DNA of 64,000 nt, taken from positions 33,847 to 97,846 of IMG/VR virus record IMGVR_UViG_3300042509_001112, one strand, 5' to 3'. The stretch comes from a virus. The translations under genes were made by a program, and so were the position numbers. Position 1 is the stretch's first letter. Each line of letters begins with the position of its first letter. Below, piece after piece: positions 38,301 through 46,848 of the stretch. The notes under the pieces are model-generated. The model searched no databases and was not told the origin of the DNA. It saw only the letters and a program-made list of their open reading frames with translations.

Positions 38301-40217
38301 ATAGTAAGACCTCACCTTGTATTAGGTATAGGAGATAAAAAACATATGATTATTACTAATGCTTTATTTGGTGATAATGGTATACCTGTAGAAAATTGGT
38401 TTGAAAATTATGAAGAAGAATCTTATAAATATGAATTAGATACTTTAAATGATGTTTACAAAGCAAAGCATGCTCTTAGATTTAAAGATCATGGTGGAGA
38501 TTATACAGTAACTTATTGTAGACCTATAAGTAATAATCAATATGGTGGAGTAGGTTATAGTAGTAGAGCTAATAATGAGTATATACCTGCGAGTGAATAT
38601 TATTCTTATACAACTAGATTAGGTAAAACTGTAAATATGAAAGCTGGTTTAGGTGATACTTATGTAGGAGTATATGATGCAGTTAATTACTGTTATTACT
38701 ATAATCAAGTAAGACCAGCTGGTTATCAAGATCCTATTAGAAGTAAGAAAGGAATGTATGAAATATTTCCTTGTGAAGCTAGTTTTAACTTTAGTTTAAG
38801 AGAAGGTAATCACCCAATTATTAGTTTATCTCCAGATGATTTAAAAGAGAATTCTGATTTTAAAACTGAAAGTATTAGTAATCCTGATCAAAGTAAGTTA
38901 TTTAATTTTGTAACAAAAGCCATACCTAAAATTAAAAGAGTAGTTTTTGGAATTTTTACAGCTGGTGGTTCTGAATTTATGTATTATTTAAAAAAACGTA
39001 TGATTAAAAATGGTCCTGATACTGCTAATTTAGTATTAAGAAATGAAAGATTCTTATTATCTGAGTTTAAGTATAATGATGTGTTTAATCAAAAATATAA
39101 CATTCAAAAGTATTTTCCACCTAGTTTATTTTATGATAATGAAGTAGATCAATATACTAATAGAATATGGCATTCTGCTCCTAAAATAGATGGTGAGGTA
39201 ATTGATAGTTGGAGAAACTTTCAATTTGTAGATTACTTAGATGTTGAAGGTACACTAGGTCCTATTATAGAATTAGTTGTTAATAAGAATAAAATATTTT
39301 ATTATCAAACAAATGGTGTAGGTGTTGCTAGTAGTAATGAAAGAGGAGCTGTTCAAGGATCTGAAGGTAATATAATTTTAAGTAATAATAAAATATTATT
39401 AAGATATGATTACATTACTAAGGAAACTGGTACATCACAACAGTATAGTGTTATTAATACTAATAGTGCAATATATCATTATGATAATAATCTTAAAAAG
39501 ATATTTAAACTAGGAGAAGGATTAGAATGTATATCTGATAACTTAGGTTTATTTAGTAAACTACAAAGTGTAAATAATGATATTAATAAAACACTTAATA
39601 CTGTCCATGGTATATATGATACAGAATATCAAACAATATACTTTACATTCTTAGATCCAGTTAATTCTCAAAATAGTTTTACTATTGGATATAATGAAAA
39701 GTTAAATGTATTTGAAAGTTTCTATAGTTTTAAACCTAAGACTTACTTTAGAATGAATACTATGGTATTTGGTAGTATGAGTAATAATCAATGTTATTGG
39801 CATAATAAAGGTGATTATGGTAGTTTTTATGGTACTACTTATCCAAGTAAAATTAAAGTATTAACTAATGATGCACCATTAACTACTAAAGTATGGGATA
39901 ATCAAAAGTTTCAAACACAAGTATATAATACTAATGGAGTATTACTTAATAATGATACATTTGATTTTATTCAACATAAAACTGAAAATCAAGATACAGG
40001 TTTAATTACATTAACTCCACAAAGTAATATAGTTAAGAAAGAAAGAGATTGGAAATTGATTATACCTAGAGATATTAATAATGCTACATTTAGTACTTTA
40101 AGTAAACCTAGATTAAGAGATATGTATTTAGAAACTGAAATAACTTATACTAATGCAAATAATCAAAGATTTATTTTACATCCAATAACAACATTTTATA
40201 GACAATCAATACATTAA
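35355..40217 (+). CDS. Tail stabilization / muzzle protein
   Basis: 1620 aa; NTFTGGINQD, IYWTDG, RGEVYRFGI, FESFYSF, PRLRDMY. Confidence 0.8.
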   Translation: MAQEKEQEQGGQTNGIAINTFTGGINQDLAKTIYKQGNYLDALNITLLTDGGLSTAVVQNKKGTKLQIQFPTTIPAATYESNREYPQVVPAQENIKVIEGLAITDGSGVQNLFFITKSNAVGNPNDNGYGQIWKCNFLGTSDNIAGAINGFELTVNNHMMYNRDLNFKFVERIKTIGKYENENFSRIYWTDGINPLRSINTIGSLQSLLNIPVRTLNIVSESNLDTPVISRLIKGSLPEGKYQLAYRLLSKSGDLTNFSTCSNLIDVIEGNEFNSELGYPLADTIEYTTDVMAATDNKEVIDSDKGIEFYIPRIDKDYEMIQYALIYYSQPNLPEIFVYPYKEISLYRNQYESFTDLFSDTFLLTTEEFNIMYAPFEKVGTIEVKDNILFAANTTNEMFKVNIDYRAYRYNDSGECTTYELDGNTNTFTTNYPNNDLLDVINPYNDESGKIFGLNNVGNPTTWYNNHQYKYKQDGVTLGGQGPNIGYTFGTTSIVVDTNLTQQLNRAPLIKTDVDYTDTLTSVPNHITGNNGSFSSLKSPYKASCQVSWQRGEVYRFGITFYNKKGQASYVNWIGDIKMPDFNETNNPACLLSNYNVGKLTMYSTYIDFDVNVPQDLAKEISGFRIVYVERQENDKTRFGTAITGGMQTFDRMNINNNQFGIDYTISIIATVICYKIGNYVDDLTDLGGQDPFGIKQDIRGKVMRAAAAAIYKKIDNMPSAAQQRITSSEDLADFLDSVLDGATNNAGGWMTALAGGNLLKMLFPKTIEKIKESIKEDLRKLLAYKVAGLHPNVYSLGQVGFANAAIASSSLAHIGYTISPNVDFNKYEFKQGDYLKPINTFKQGNKIVNELHRDSTVGVYNILDSSAYLRKWYKGTTLSWNQVADSDARRIYINNQKVLIPGELLGSGFDSVMISQNAEGIDLDFLISNSYISSIPQANKAGMLITDSNLNLNDVISAVETGITSAGGTYVKVEGEAFLNKIVRPHLVLGIGDKKHMIITNALFGDNGIPVENWFENYEEESYKYELDTLNDVYKAKHALRFKDHGGDYTVTYCRPISNNQYGGVGYSSRANNEYIPASEYYSYTTRLGKTVNMKAGLGDTYVGVYDAVNYCYYYNQVRPAGYQDPIRSKKGMYEIFPCEASFNFSLREGNHPIISLSPDDLKENSDFKTESISNPDQSKLFNFVTKAIPKIKRVVFGIFTAGGSEFMYYLKKRMIKNGPDTANLVLRNERFLLSEFKYNDVFNQKYNIQKYFPPSLFYDNEVDQYTNRIWHSAPKIDGEVIDSWRNFQFVDYLDVEGTLGPIIELVVNKNKIFYYQTNGVGVASSNERGAVQGSEGNIILSNNKILLRYDYITKETGTSQQYSVINTNSAIYHYDNNLKKIFKLGEGLECISDNLGLFSKLQSVNNDINKTLNTVHGIYDTEYQTIYFTFLDPVNSQNSFTIGYNEKLNVFESFYSFKPKTYFRMNTMVFGSMSNNQCYWHNKGDYGSFYGTTYPSKIKVLTNDAPLTTKVWDNQKFQTQVYNTNGVLLNNDTFDFIQHKTENQDTGLITLTPQSNIVKKERDWKLIIPRDINNATFSTLSKPRLRDMYLETEITYTNANNQRFILHPITTFYRQSIH

Positions 40218-40220
40218 GAT

Positions 40221-43106
40221 ATGCCAGATAAGAAACAAGAAATAATACAAGAACCTATGAATAAAAAACAAACATATACAGCATCTCCCAATCTTAAAAA
40301 GATGGGTAAATCTACAGGTAGAGAATATGTAGATGGACAATGGATAGAAACTAAATCTAAAGGTGGAACAGTTAAAAAATATGCACTTGCAGGAACTATA
40401 CCTCCTATAGATGCACTAAATACAGCAGGAGCAGCTGGTGCCACAGGTGCTGCTGGAAAATTTAAAAATTATTTTAAATCTGATGCTGGTAAATCAGATA
40501 TTAAATCAATAATACAAGGATTACCTAGTTTAACTGATGGAAATCAACAACAAACTTCACAAGATCCTAATGCTCCTGTTAAAAAAAGTACAGGTAAAAC
40601 TATAGGTGGAATTGCTGGTGGAATTGCTGGTCTAGCATTAGCTCCATTTACTGGAGGAATTAGTACCGTAGTAGGTCCTGCATTAGGAAGTATGATTGGT
40701 GGAGGAATAGATAATGTTCAGTACAAAAATAAAACTAAAGATTATAATGATCAACAAAATGCAATGACTTCTAATATAGCTGGTAACTTTAATCCTAATG
40801 CTCAAACTAAGCAATTTAAAAAAGGTGGTGAGTTAATTAAACGTGCAGATGGTTCTTATTCTCAAAGAGGTCTTTGGGATAATATAAGAGCTAATAAAGG
40901 TAGTGGTAAAACTCCTACTAAAGAGATGCTTAAACAAGAAAAAAAGATTAAAGCTAAAATGGCTAAAGGTGGTATAGATACTAGTAACTCTATGAGTGGT
41001 CCTAAGTATGCTAAAGGTGGTTTTGATGCTAATAATCCTGCTATGGGTAATACTACACAATATGCACCTGATGCAGAATTTTTTACTAATAGTGAAGCTC
41101 CTGCAAGTGCTAGTAATTTTGCTGTAGATTATGGAAGTAGAAGAAGTCCTGCTCAAACTCAAACTCAATCAAAACAAAAACCTGCTATTAATGTAACAGA
41201 TCCTAATGATCCTAGATTAAAAGCTTATAATGATAGTTTAAATTTAAATAAAAATTATACCAATCAAATAAATTCATTAAGAGAAGAACTTAAGTCAGAT
41301 AATCAACAACTAAAAACTAAAGGTTCTATACCATTTCAAAGATTTGAATTTAGAAATAATTATATGAATGATCCTATAAAACCTTCTCAAATTATGTATT
41401 TTGATAATGGAATTGAAAATTTTGAAGATTATTATTATTGGGAATTTCCTTATTACAAAGCTCCAGTACAACCGTATAAACTTGTTTCTCCTTCAATTAC
41501 AAATAAACCAACAACACCAAAATCTAATAATTTAGTAAAACCTGCTCCAAGAGAAACTTTAAATAAAATGCCTATATCACCAATTAAAAAATTAGATACT
41601 AATTCAATTCAAGCACAACCTAATTTACAAACTAAAGAAATTCCTACAACACCTTCTTCAAATATTAAAGACCAACGTACTTACACTGCTTCTAAAATGT
41701 TAGGAAAAATGAATAAACCTACTGGATATATTAATGAAGGTATGAATGAAGGAAGACAAGAAATTACTAAATCTAAAGGTGGTGTAGTTAAAAAGTATGT
41801 GAAAGGTGGTATGCTTAAACCTATGGGTAATGATATGTATGAAGTTAAATCATATAAGAAAGGTACTGATAAGGTAGAGTACAGACCTAATGTATTTATT
41901 GATAATAAAGAGATTATACGCAAGAATCCTGATGGATCTACTCAAATACTTAGTGATGATTTAGGATACGCTAAAGTAGCTAAAAACATTGCTAGAGCTA
42001 AAGGTGGTAATATAACTGATAATCAATTTGATCAATTATATATGAATCAAGAAATGTCTAAAGCTAGTAAAGGTAAAGGTAATAAATATGTGGAAGGTGG
42101 TACTGATGGTCCTAAAGATACTAAAAATTTTCAAGATTGGTTAGATATAAATCAACCTACTTGGCTAAAAGGTAAATCTTTAAATAAAGGTGCTGGTTAT
42201 GGTACTTATGGACCTAATACAACTGCTGCTTATAAAAAGTATGGTAATGTTTATGAAGCTAGATTTACTCCTCCTGAAGTTAAAGATGAAGGATTTGTTA
42301 ATTTAGATGGTACTAAAGAACCTATATTATCATCACCTACTGTAAGTAAAGATTTAGAAAATAGTATATTAAAAGGTCCTAGTGATGGTTATTCATGGCA
42401 ACCTTCAAATTTATCAACAAAACCGCCTAAAGATAAAAAATCTCTTGATACTAAAGTTAACCCATTAGGTTATTTATCTAGTCTTGCTGGACCTGCTTAT
42501 AATATTGCTCAAGGTTTAAAAGGTGGTGATCCAGTTGATTTTGAAAGAATGAATACTAAGTATCAATTTGCTGATCCTAGAGGTGCTATGGCTGCAGCTA
42601 GTAGAGGAGTAACATCTGCTTACAATGCTGCTAAAAATGCTGCTAAAACTACAACTACTAGTGCTGGTGAGTATCTTGCTAATATGGGAAATTTAGCTAG
42701 TAAAGAAGGTATGGATAGAGCTAGTGCTTTAACTGCTATTAAAGCTCAATATGATATGGCTAATACACAAGGTTTAAATCAAACTAACTTAGCTAAAGAT
42801 CAATATAATGCTCAAACTCAAATGCAAGAATCTATTGCTAGACAACAAGAACAAGATGCAGCTAGAAATGCTCTTAGTCAAGGTTTAAGTAATATAGGTC
42901 AAAATACTATGGGTTATACTTCTGAAAGAAATAGAGCTAAATCTGATAAATTAATGGCTGGAATGCTTAATGAAAATTATGAAGTAGTATATAATAAAGA
43001 TACTGATAGTTATGAGATACAACCTAAGAAAGGGAAAAAATCAGGATCTAATGTTATAAGTACTTTTGGTGAACCTCCTAAAAAAGAAGAATCTTCTAAT
43101 AAATAA
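40221..43106 (+). CDS. Ejection / cargo protein with a Gly-rich TM segment and xxKGG repeats
   Basis: IGGIAGGIAGLALAPFTGG; repeated KGG motifs; Ala/Gln-rich C-terminus. Confidence 0.65.
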   Translation: MPDKKQEIIQEPMNKKQTYTASPNLKKMGKSTGREYVDGQWIETKSKGGTVKKYALAGTIPPIDALNTAGAAGATGAAGKFKNYFKSDAGKSDIKSIIQGLPSLTDGNQQQTSQDPNAPVKKSTGKTIGGIAGGIAGLALAPFTGGISTVVGPALGSMIGGGIDNVQYKNKTKDYNDQQNAMTSNIAGNFNPNAQTKQFKKGGELIKRADGSYSQRGLWDNIRANKGSGKTPTKEMLKQEKKIKAKMAKGGIDTSNSMSGPKYAKGGFDANNPAMGNTTQYAPDAEFFTNSEAPASASNFAVDYGSRRSPAQTQTQSKQKPAINVTDPNDPRLKAYNDSLNLNKNYTNQINSLREELKSDNQQLKTKGSIPFQRFEFRNNYMNDPIKPSQIMYFDNGIENFEDYYYWEFPYYKAPVQPYKLVSPSITNKPTTPKSNNLVKPAPRETLNKMPISPIKKLDTNSIQAQPNLQTKEIPTTPSSNIKDQRTYTASKMLGKMNKPTGYINEGMNEGRQEITKSKGGVVKKYVKGGMLKPMGNDMYEVKSYKKGTDKVEYRPNVFIDNKEIIRKNPDGSTQILSDDLGYAKVAKNIARAKGGNITDNQFDQLYMNQEMSKASKGKGNKYVEGGTDGPKDTKNFQDWLDINQPTWLKGKSLNKGAGYGTYGPNTTAAYKKYGNVYEARFTPPEVKDEGFVNLDGTKEPILSSPTVSKDLENSILKGPSDGYSWQPSNLSTKPPKDKKSLDTKVNPLGYLSSLAGPAYNIAQGLKGGDPVDFERMNTKYQFADPRGAMAAASRGVTSAYNAAKNAAKTTTTSAGEYLANMGNLASKEGMDRASALTAIKAQYDMANTQGLNQTNLAKDQYNAQTQMQESIARQQEQDAARNALSQGLSNIGQNTMGYTSERNRAKSDKLMAGMLNENYEVVYNKDTDSYEIQPKKGKKSGSNVISTFGEPPKKEESSNK

Positions 43107-43130
43107 ATAATTAATAACTATAATAAAAAT

Positions 43131-43167
43131 AATAATAGTAGTCTTAATAAATAGGACTACTATTATT
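43131..43167 (+). terminator. Intergenic hairpin
   Basis: AATAATAGTAGTCTTA-ATAAA-TAGGACTACTATTATT. Confidence 0.55.
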
Positions 43168-43190
43168 ATATTAATAATAAAAAAATAAAC

Positions 43191-45254
43191 ATGAGATTTT
43201 TTCAACCAACACCAACTCAATATGTACCTCAATATACTCCTTTAAATTTAGAGTTAATGAAACAAACTTTAGATGCTAGAGAGATGCAAGATTTAAAAGC
43301 TGAAGATGCATTAGCAGAAGCTGCTAATAGTCTTGTAGTGAAAGGAGGAATGTACACTAAGCCTGAAGAAATAGAAGAAGTAAATAATTATTTACAATCT
43401 AATATAAATAATGTTGCTCAAAAATTGCATGCTGGTGATATTGATGCTAAAGATGCTGTATTAAATATTAATAGATTAAAAACATTCTATAATACACATC
43501 CAAGTGTACAGTTTTTTAAAGAAGATGAAAATTTAACTAATCTTACTAGAACAGCAATGACTCAAGGCAAACTAAACAATGCTGTAAGTCCTGGTGCTAC
43601 ATATTTTGATAATCAACTTAAAATCAATAGACCTATTAGTTGGAAAGAAGGTAAAGAAAGTTTAGCTAATGCTTACAATTTTAAAACTCCTACAAGTATT
43701 GATGCTGAACAAAATTATGGTAAAAGATATGCTGATATAAAACCTAGTTCGCTTATACAAGAATATGCTAATCAAAATGGATTTACATTTCAACGTGATT
43801 CAGCAACTGGATTACCTTTAGTAATAGATAAAAAAACAGGAAGAGTTGATGAGCAAGTTACATGGCAAATGTTATATGATGCTGGATTAACAATGGCTCC
43901 TGATGAATTAAAAAATTCAGCTACTGATTATGTTCAATATCAAAAAGCAAGATATAAAAATTATACACCACAACAATTTGCTAGAGAATTTGCTAATGCA
44001 GGTGCTGCTAAAATATTTACTAAGACAGGTATAACTAGTGAAAACAAATATAATGTTTTAGAATCTTTATATAATGCAGAACAAGCTGCTGCTGCGGCTG
44101 CTGCTATAAATCAAGATTTTGAAGCTCCTACAGCTAATATTATTCCAAGTGATCAAGAATGGGGAATAAGACAAGGTAAATTTATTACCAATCCGTTTGG
44201 TTCTCCAGATAATTTACCTGATAATATGAATATAAATGATTTAGATAATCCTAATAGTACTACAGGATTAATAATAGCAAAAATTGCAACACCTGATGAA
44301 AGACATCAATATATTATAAATAACCCTAAAGCATCTTCAGAAGAAACTACTCCTAATTGGAATTTAGTACAACCATATGATTTACCTGAAACAGAAAAAA
44401 AATATTTTGAAAACTGGTTAAAAAATAATAAAAAACATGGATATATGTATGATAACTACATAGTAAATAATCCTAATAAAGTGGATATAAATCCTAAAAA
44501 ACTTGCTGGAATATATAAAGATTTCTTTAATGATATGAAAGAATATACTCAAGATATTGTTAAAACAGCTTCTACAGCATCACAAGTTAATTATTATTCA
44601 GATGCTTCTATAAATGATGATTTGAAAAAAGGTCAATACGGTGAAGCTCGATATAAACAACAAGCTCAAAGAGTTTGGACAACATATGTAGGTAATAAAT
44701 CTACTGGTACAATATCTGATGTATTAATAAATGCAGCAAATAATAAAAGTAGAATATGGAGTATAACTGATAAAAAGTTTATCGATCCTAATAGTAAAGA
44801 ATGGATAGCAATAAATACAGATCATGGTAAAGTATCAGTACCTTCTTTAGGTAGAACTAATCCTGAAAATTTACTTAATGTGCTTACTGGTGATGAAACA
44901 TTTAAAAATGGTATAACATTTTCTACACCTGATGGTAAACAATATTTAATTGAAGATCGCACATATGGTGTTGGTGATTATAATAAAGCTGAACCATTTG
45001 TTACTGAACTTTATAGAAAAGGTAAAATGGCTTTAGGACAACCTGTAAAAACAAATTGGGATAATGATAATGATATAATATATAAAATTGATAAAGATAA
45101 TCAAGTTATCTTATTAGATAAAACAGGTACTAAAGATATTGGAGTATTTAAAAATACTGCTGATATGAGTTATCAATTAGTGCAAAAAAATAATCCATTT
45201 GTTAAAGAAGCTTTAGTACCAAAAAAAACTAAATCTACTACTGGAAAAAAGTAG
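43191..45254 (+). CDS. Ejection / cargo protein; ends at a -1 slippery site
   Basis: 687 aa; N-terminal QYVPQYTPL; ends GGA AAA AAG TAG. Confidence 0.7.
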   Translation: MRFFQPTPTQYVPQYTPLNLELMKQTLDAREMQDLKAEDALAEAANSLVVKGGMYTKPEEIEEVNNYLQSNINNVAQKLHAGDIDAKDAVLNINRLKTFYNTHPSVQFFKEDENLTNLTRTAMTQGKLNNAVSPGATYFDNQLKINRPISWKEGKESLANAYNFKTPTSIDAEQNYGKRYADIKPSSLIQEYANQNGFTFQRDSATGLPLVIDKKTGRVDEQVTWQMLYDAGLTMAPDELKNSATDYVQYQKARYKNYTPQQFAREFANAGAAKIFTKTGITSENKYNVLESLYNAEQAAAAAAAINQDFEAPTANIIPSDQEWGIRQGKFITNPFGSPDNLPDNMNINDLDNPNSTTGLIIAKIATPDERHQYIINNPKASSEETTPNWNLVQPYDLPETEKKYFENWLKNNKKHGYMYDNYIVNNPNKVDINPKKLAGIYKDFFNDMKEYTQDIVKTASTASQVNYYSDASINDDLKKGQYGEARYKQQAQRVWTTYVGNKSTGTISDVLINAANNKSRIWSITDKKFIDPNSKEWIAINTDHGKVSVPSLGRTNPENLLNVLTGDETFKNGITFSTPDGKQYLIEDRTYGVGDYNKAEPFVTELYRKGKMALGQPVKTNWDNDNDIIYKIDKDNQVILLDKTGTKDIGVFKNTADMSYQLVQKNNPFVKEALVPKKTKSTTGKK

Positions 45255-45290
45255 AATCTCCAGTAGAGGTTAAAGCTCGACCTGCTGGAG
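45245..45290 (+). promoter_or_regulatory. Programmed -1 ribosomal frameshift signal
   Basis: A_AAA_AAG heptamer (45245-45251), 6-nt spacer, stem-loop CTCCAGTAG/CTGCTGGAG (45258-45290). Confidence 0.8.
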
Positions 45291-46795
45291 TTACTAGAGC
45301 TGAAAGTAATAACAATCCTGGAAATTTAAGAGGATGGGATATGCAATTACCTAAAGATGATAAAGGTTTTGATCAATTTCCTACTTTACAAAATGGATGG
45401 AGTGCTTTAAATAGACAAGTTAAAAAAGATGCTTTACCTGAAAGAAAGCATACTGTAGATACTTTTATTGAAAAGTATGCTCCTGCTTCAGATAATAATA
45501 AGCATAAAAACTATGTTAATTATTTTGTAGAAAATGTTAATAACGCAGCTAGAGAATTAGGTAAAGTTATAAAATTTACTGCTGATACACCTTTAAAAAC
45601 TATAGTAGATACTATAGGAGAGAAAGAAGTATCTAAAATTATATCTAAGAAAGAAGATATTAAAACTTATAAAAAGTTAGAGCAAGCTAATTTCTTTGAA
45701 ACTAAACCTGTAGTTAAACCAACAGTACCTGCTAAAAGAGATTTAAGTTTTATACCAACTAAAAAAGTTACTAAAAGTATAAAAGAAACAACTACAGATA
45801 AAGTAGTTGATTATATTAATAAAGCTCCTTGGTCAGAGCCTTCTAAATTAATTACTTATTTTTCAACTGTATATGATACCAAACAAAGAAGTGAAGGTAA
45901 AAATTTAAAAGAAGAAACTAAAGTTAAAACTCCAGTTGTAAATATAACTAATAAAGATAAAGTAAAATTAGGAAGTTCTTATAAAGATAGTAATGGGTTA
46001 GTTTATGGTAAAAGTGTAGTAGATATGTCTAATGGTATATATGTTACTTATCAACCTAGAAATGAAAAATCTAAAAACAGAAAAGATATTAATAACGCTA
46101 TTATGATTTCTGATTATCTATATGATATGGATTTTACAGATAATACAAATCATGAACATGCTCAAAATAGTTTAAATAAATTAAAATCTGGTAAAACAAC
46201 TCAAAAATTTGTTCAAGTGAGAGAACCTTCTAAAACAAAAGGAGAATATATAGTTAAAATTAAAAAAGTATCTGACTTAACAGAAAATGATTTTAAAAAT
46301 AATAATATATATAGACAGTCTTATGCTAAATTAAGTGATCTTGATATTACACCTGATGGTAAAAAAATTAAATTAACTAATTATGCTAAAAAATGGAATG
46401 TTGCTTTATTTGTAAATCAAGGCTTACCGTTTCATGAAGCAGTTGGTAGTGAGCATAATTTAAGATTGCCTGGAGGTAAGGGTAATTATGGTAAATATCA
46501 AAATATATCAGAACTAAAACAATTTGGACCTTATTTAGGAGGAACTGTAACTATAATATCAGATGATGGTAAAATAGTTAAAAAAGTTACTGGTGGTGTA
46601 GGAGATATAGTTGAAGAAGCTCAAAGAATTAAAAAACAAACTGATGGAAAAGAAGTTTATTTTTTACAATCCGATGCTGGAAGTATGAATGTTAAAGCTT
46701 TTGCTAAAAATAATAAACTTACAAAAGATCAATTAGGAATACTTAGAAATTTAGAACCACAAGCTGGAGCTGCTGAGATTTTATTAAATAAATAA
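45251..46795 (+). CDS. -1 frame extension: lysozyme-like NNPGN domain plus a C-terminal domain
   Basis: RAESNNNPGNLR lies upstream of the first Met (45341); TFIEKYAPASDN. Confidence 0.7.
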   Translation, partial: VESPVEVKARPAGVTRAESNNNPGNLRGWDMQLPKDDKGFDQFPTLQNGWSALNRQVKKDALPERKHTVDTFIEKYAPASDNNKHKNYVNYFVENVNNAARELGKVIKFTADTPLKTIVDTIGEKEVSKIISKKEDIKTYKKLEQANFFETKPVVKPTVPAKRDLSFIPTKKVTKSIKETTTDKVVDYINKAPWSEPSKLITYFSTVYDTKQRSEGKNLKEETKVKTPVVNITNKDKVKLGSSYKDSNGLVYGKSVVDMSNGIYVTYQPRNEKSKNRKDINNAIMISDYLYDMDFTDNTNHEHAQNSLNKLKSGKTTQKFVQVREPSKTKGEYIVKIKKVSDLTENDFKNNNIYRQSYAKLSDLDITPDGKKIKLTNYAKKWNVALFVNQGLPFHEAVGSEHNLRLPGGKGNYGKYQNISELKQFGPYLGGTVTIISDDGKIVKKVTGGVGDIVEEAQRIKKQTDGKEVYFLQSDAGSMNVKAFAKNNKLTKDQLGILRNLEPQAGAAEILLNK

Positions 46796-46848
46796 AATTA
46801 ACAAATAGAAATATTTGATTTAATAATACCAATAAATAAATAAATAAC

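Noticed and set aside
45252-45330. TAG readthrough or amber recoding, as in some crAss-like phages
   Set aside because: The zero frame hits another TAG and then TAA within about 25 codons, the conserved motif is in the -1 frame, and all large genes are intact in the standard code
46500-46795. Phosphodiester glycosidase call for the C-terminal domain (QSDAGS resembling LDGGGS)
   Set aside because: A single weak motif; cannot be supported without a profile search
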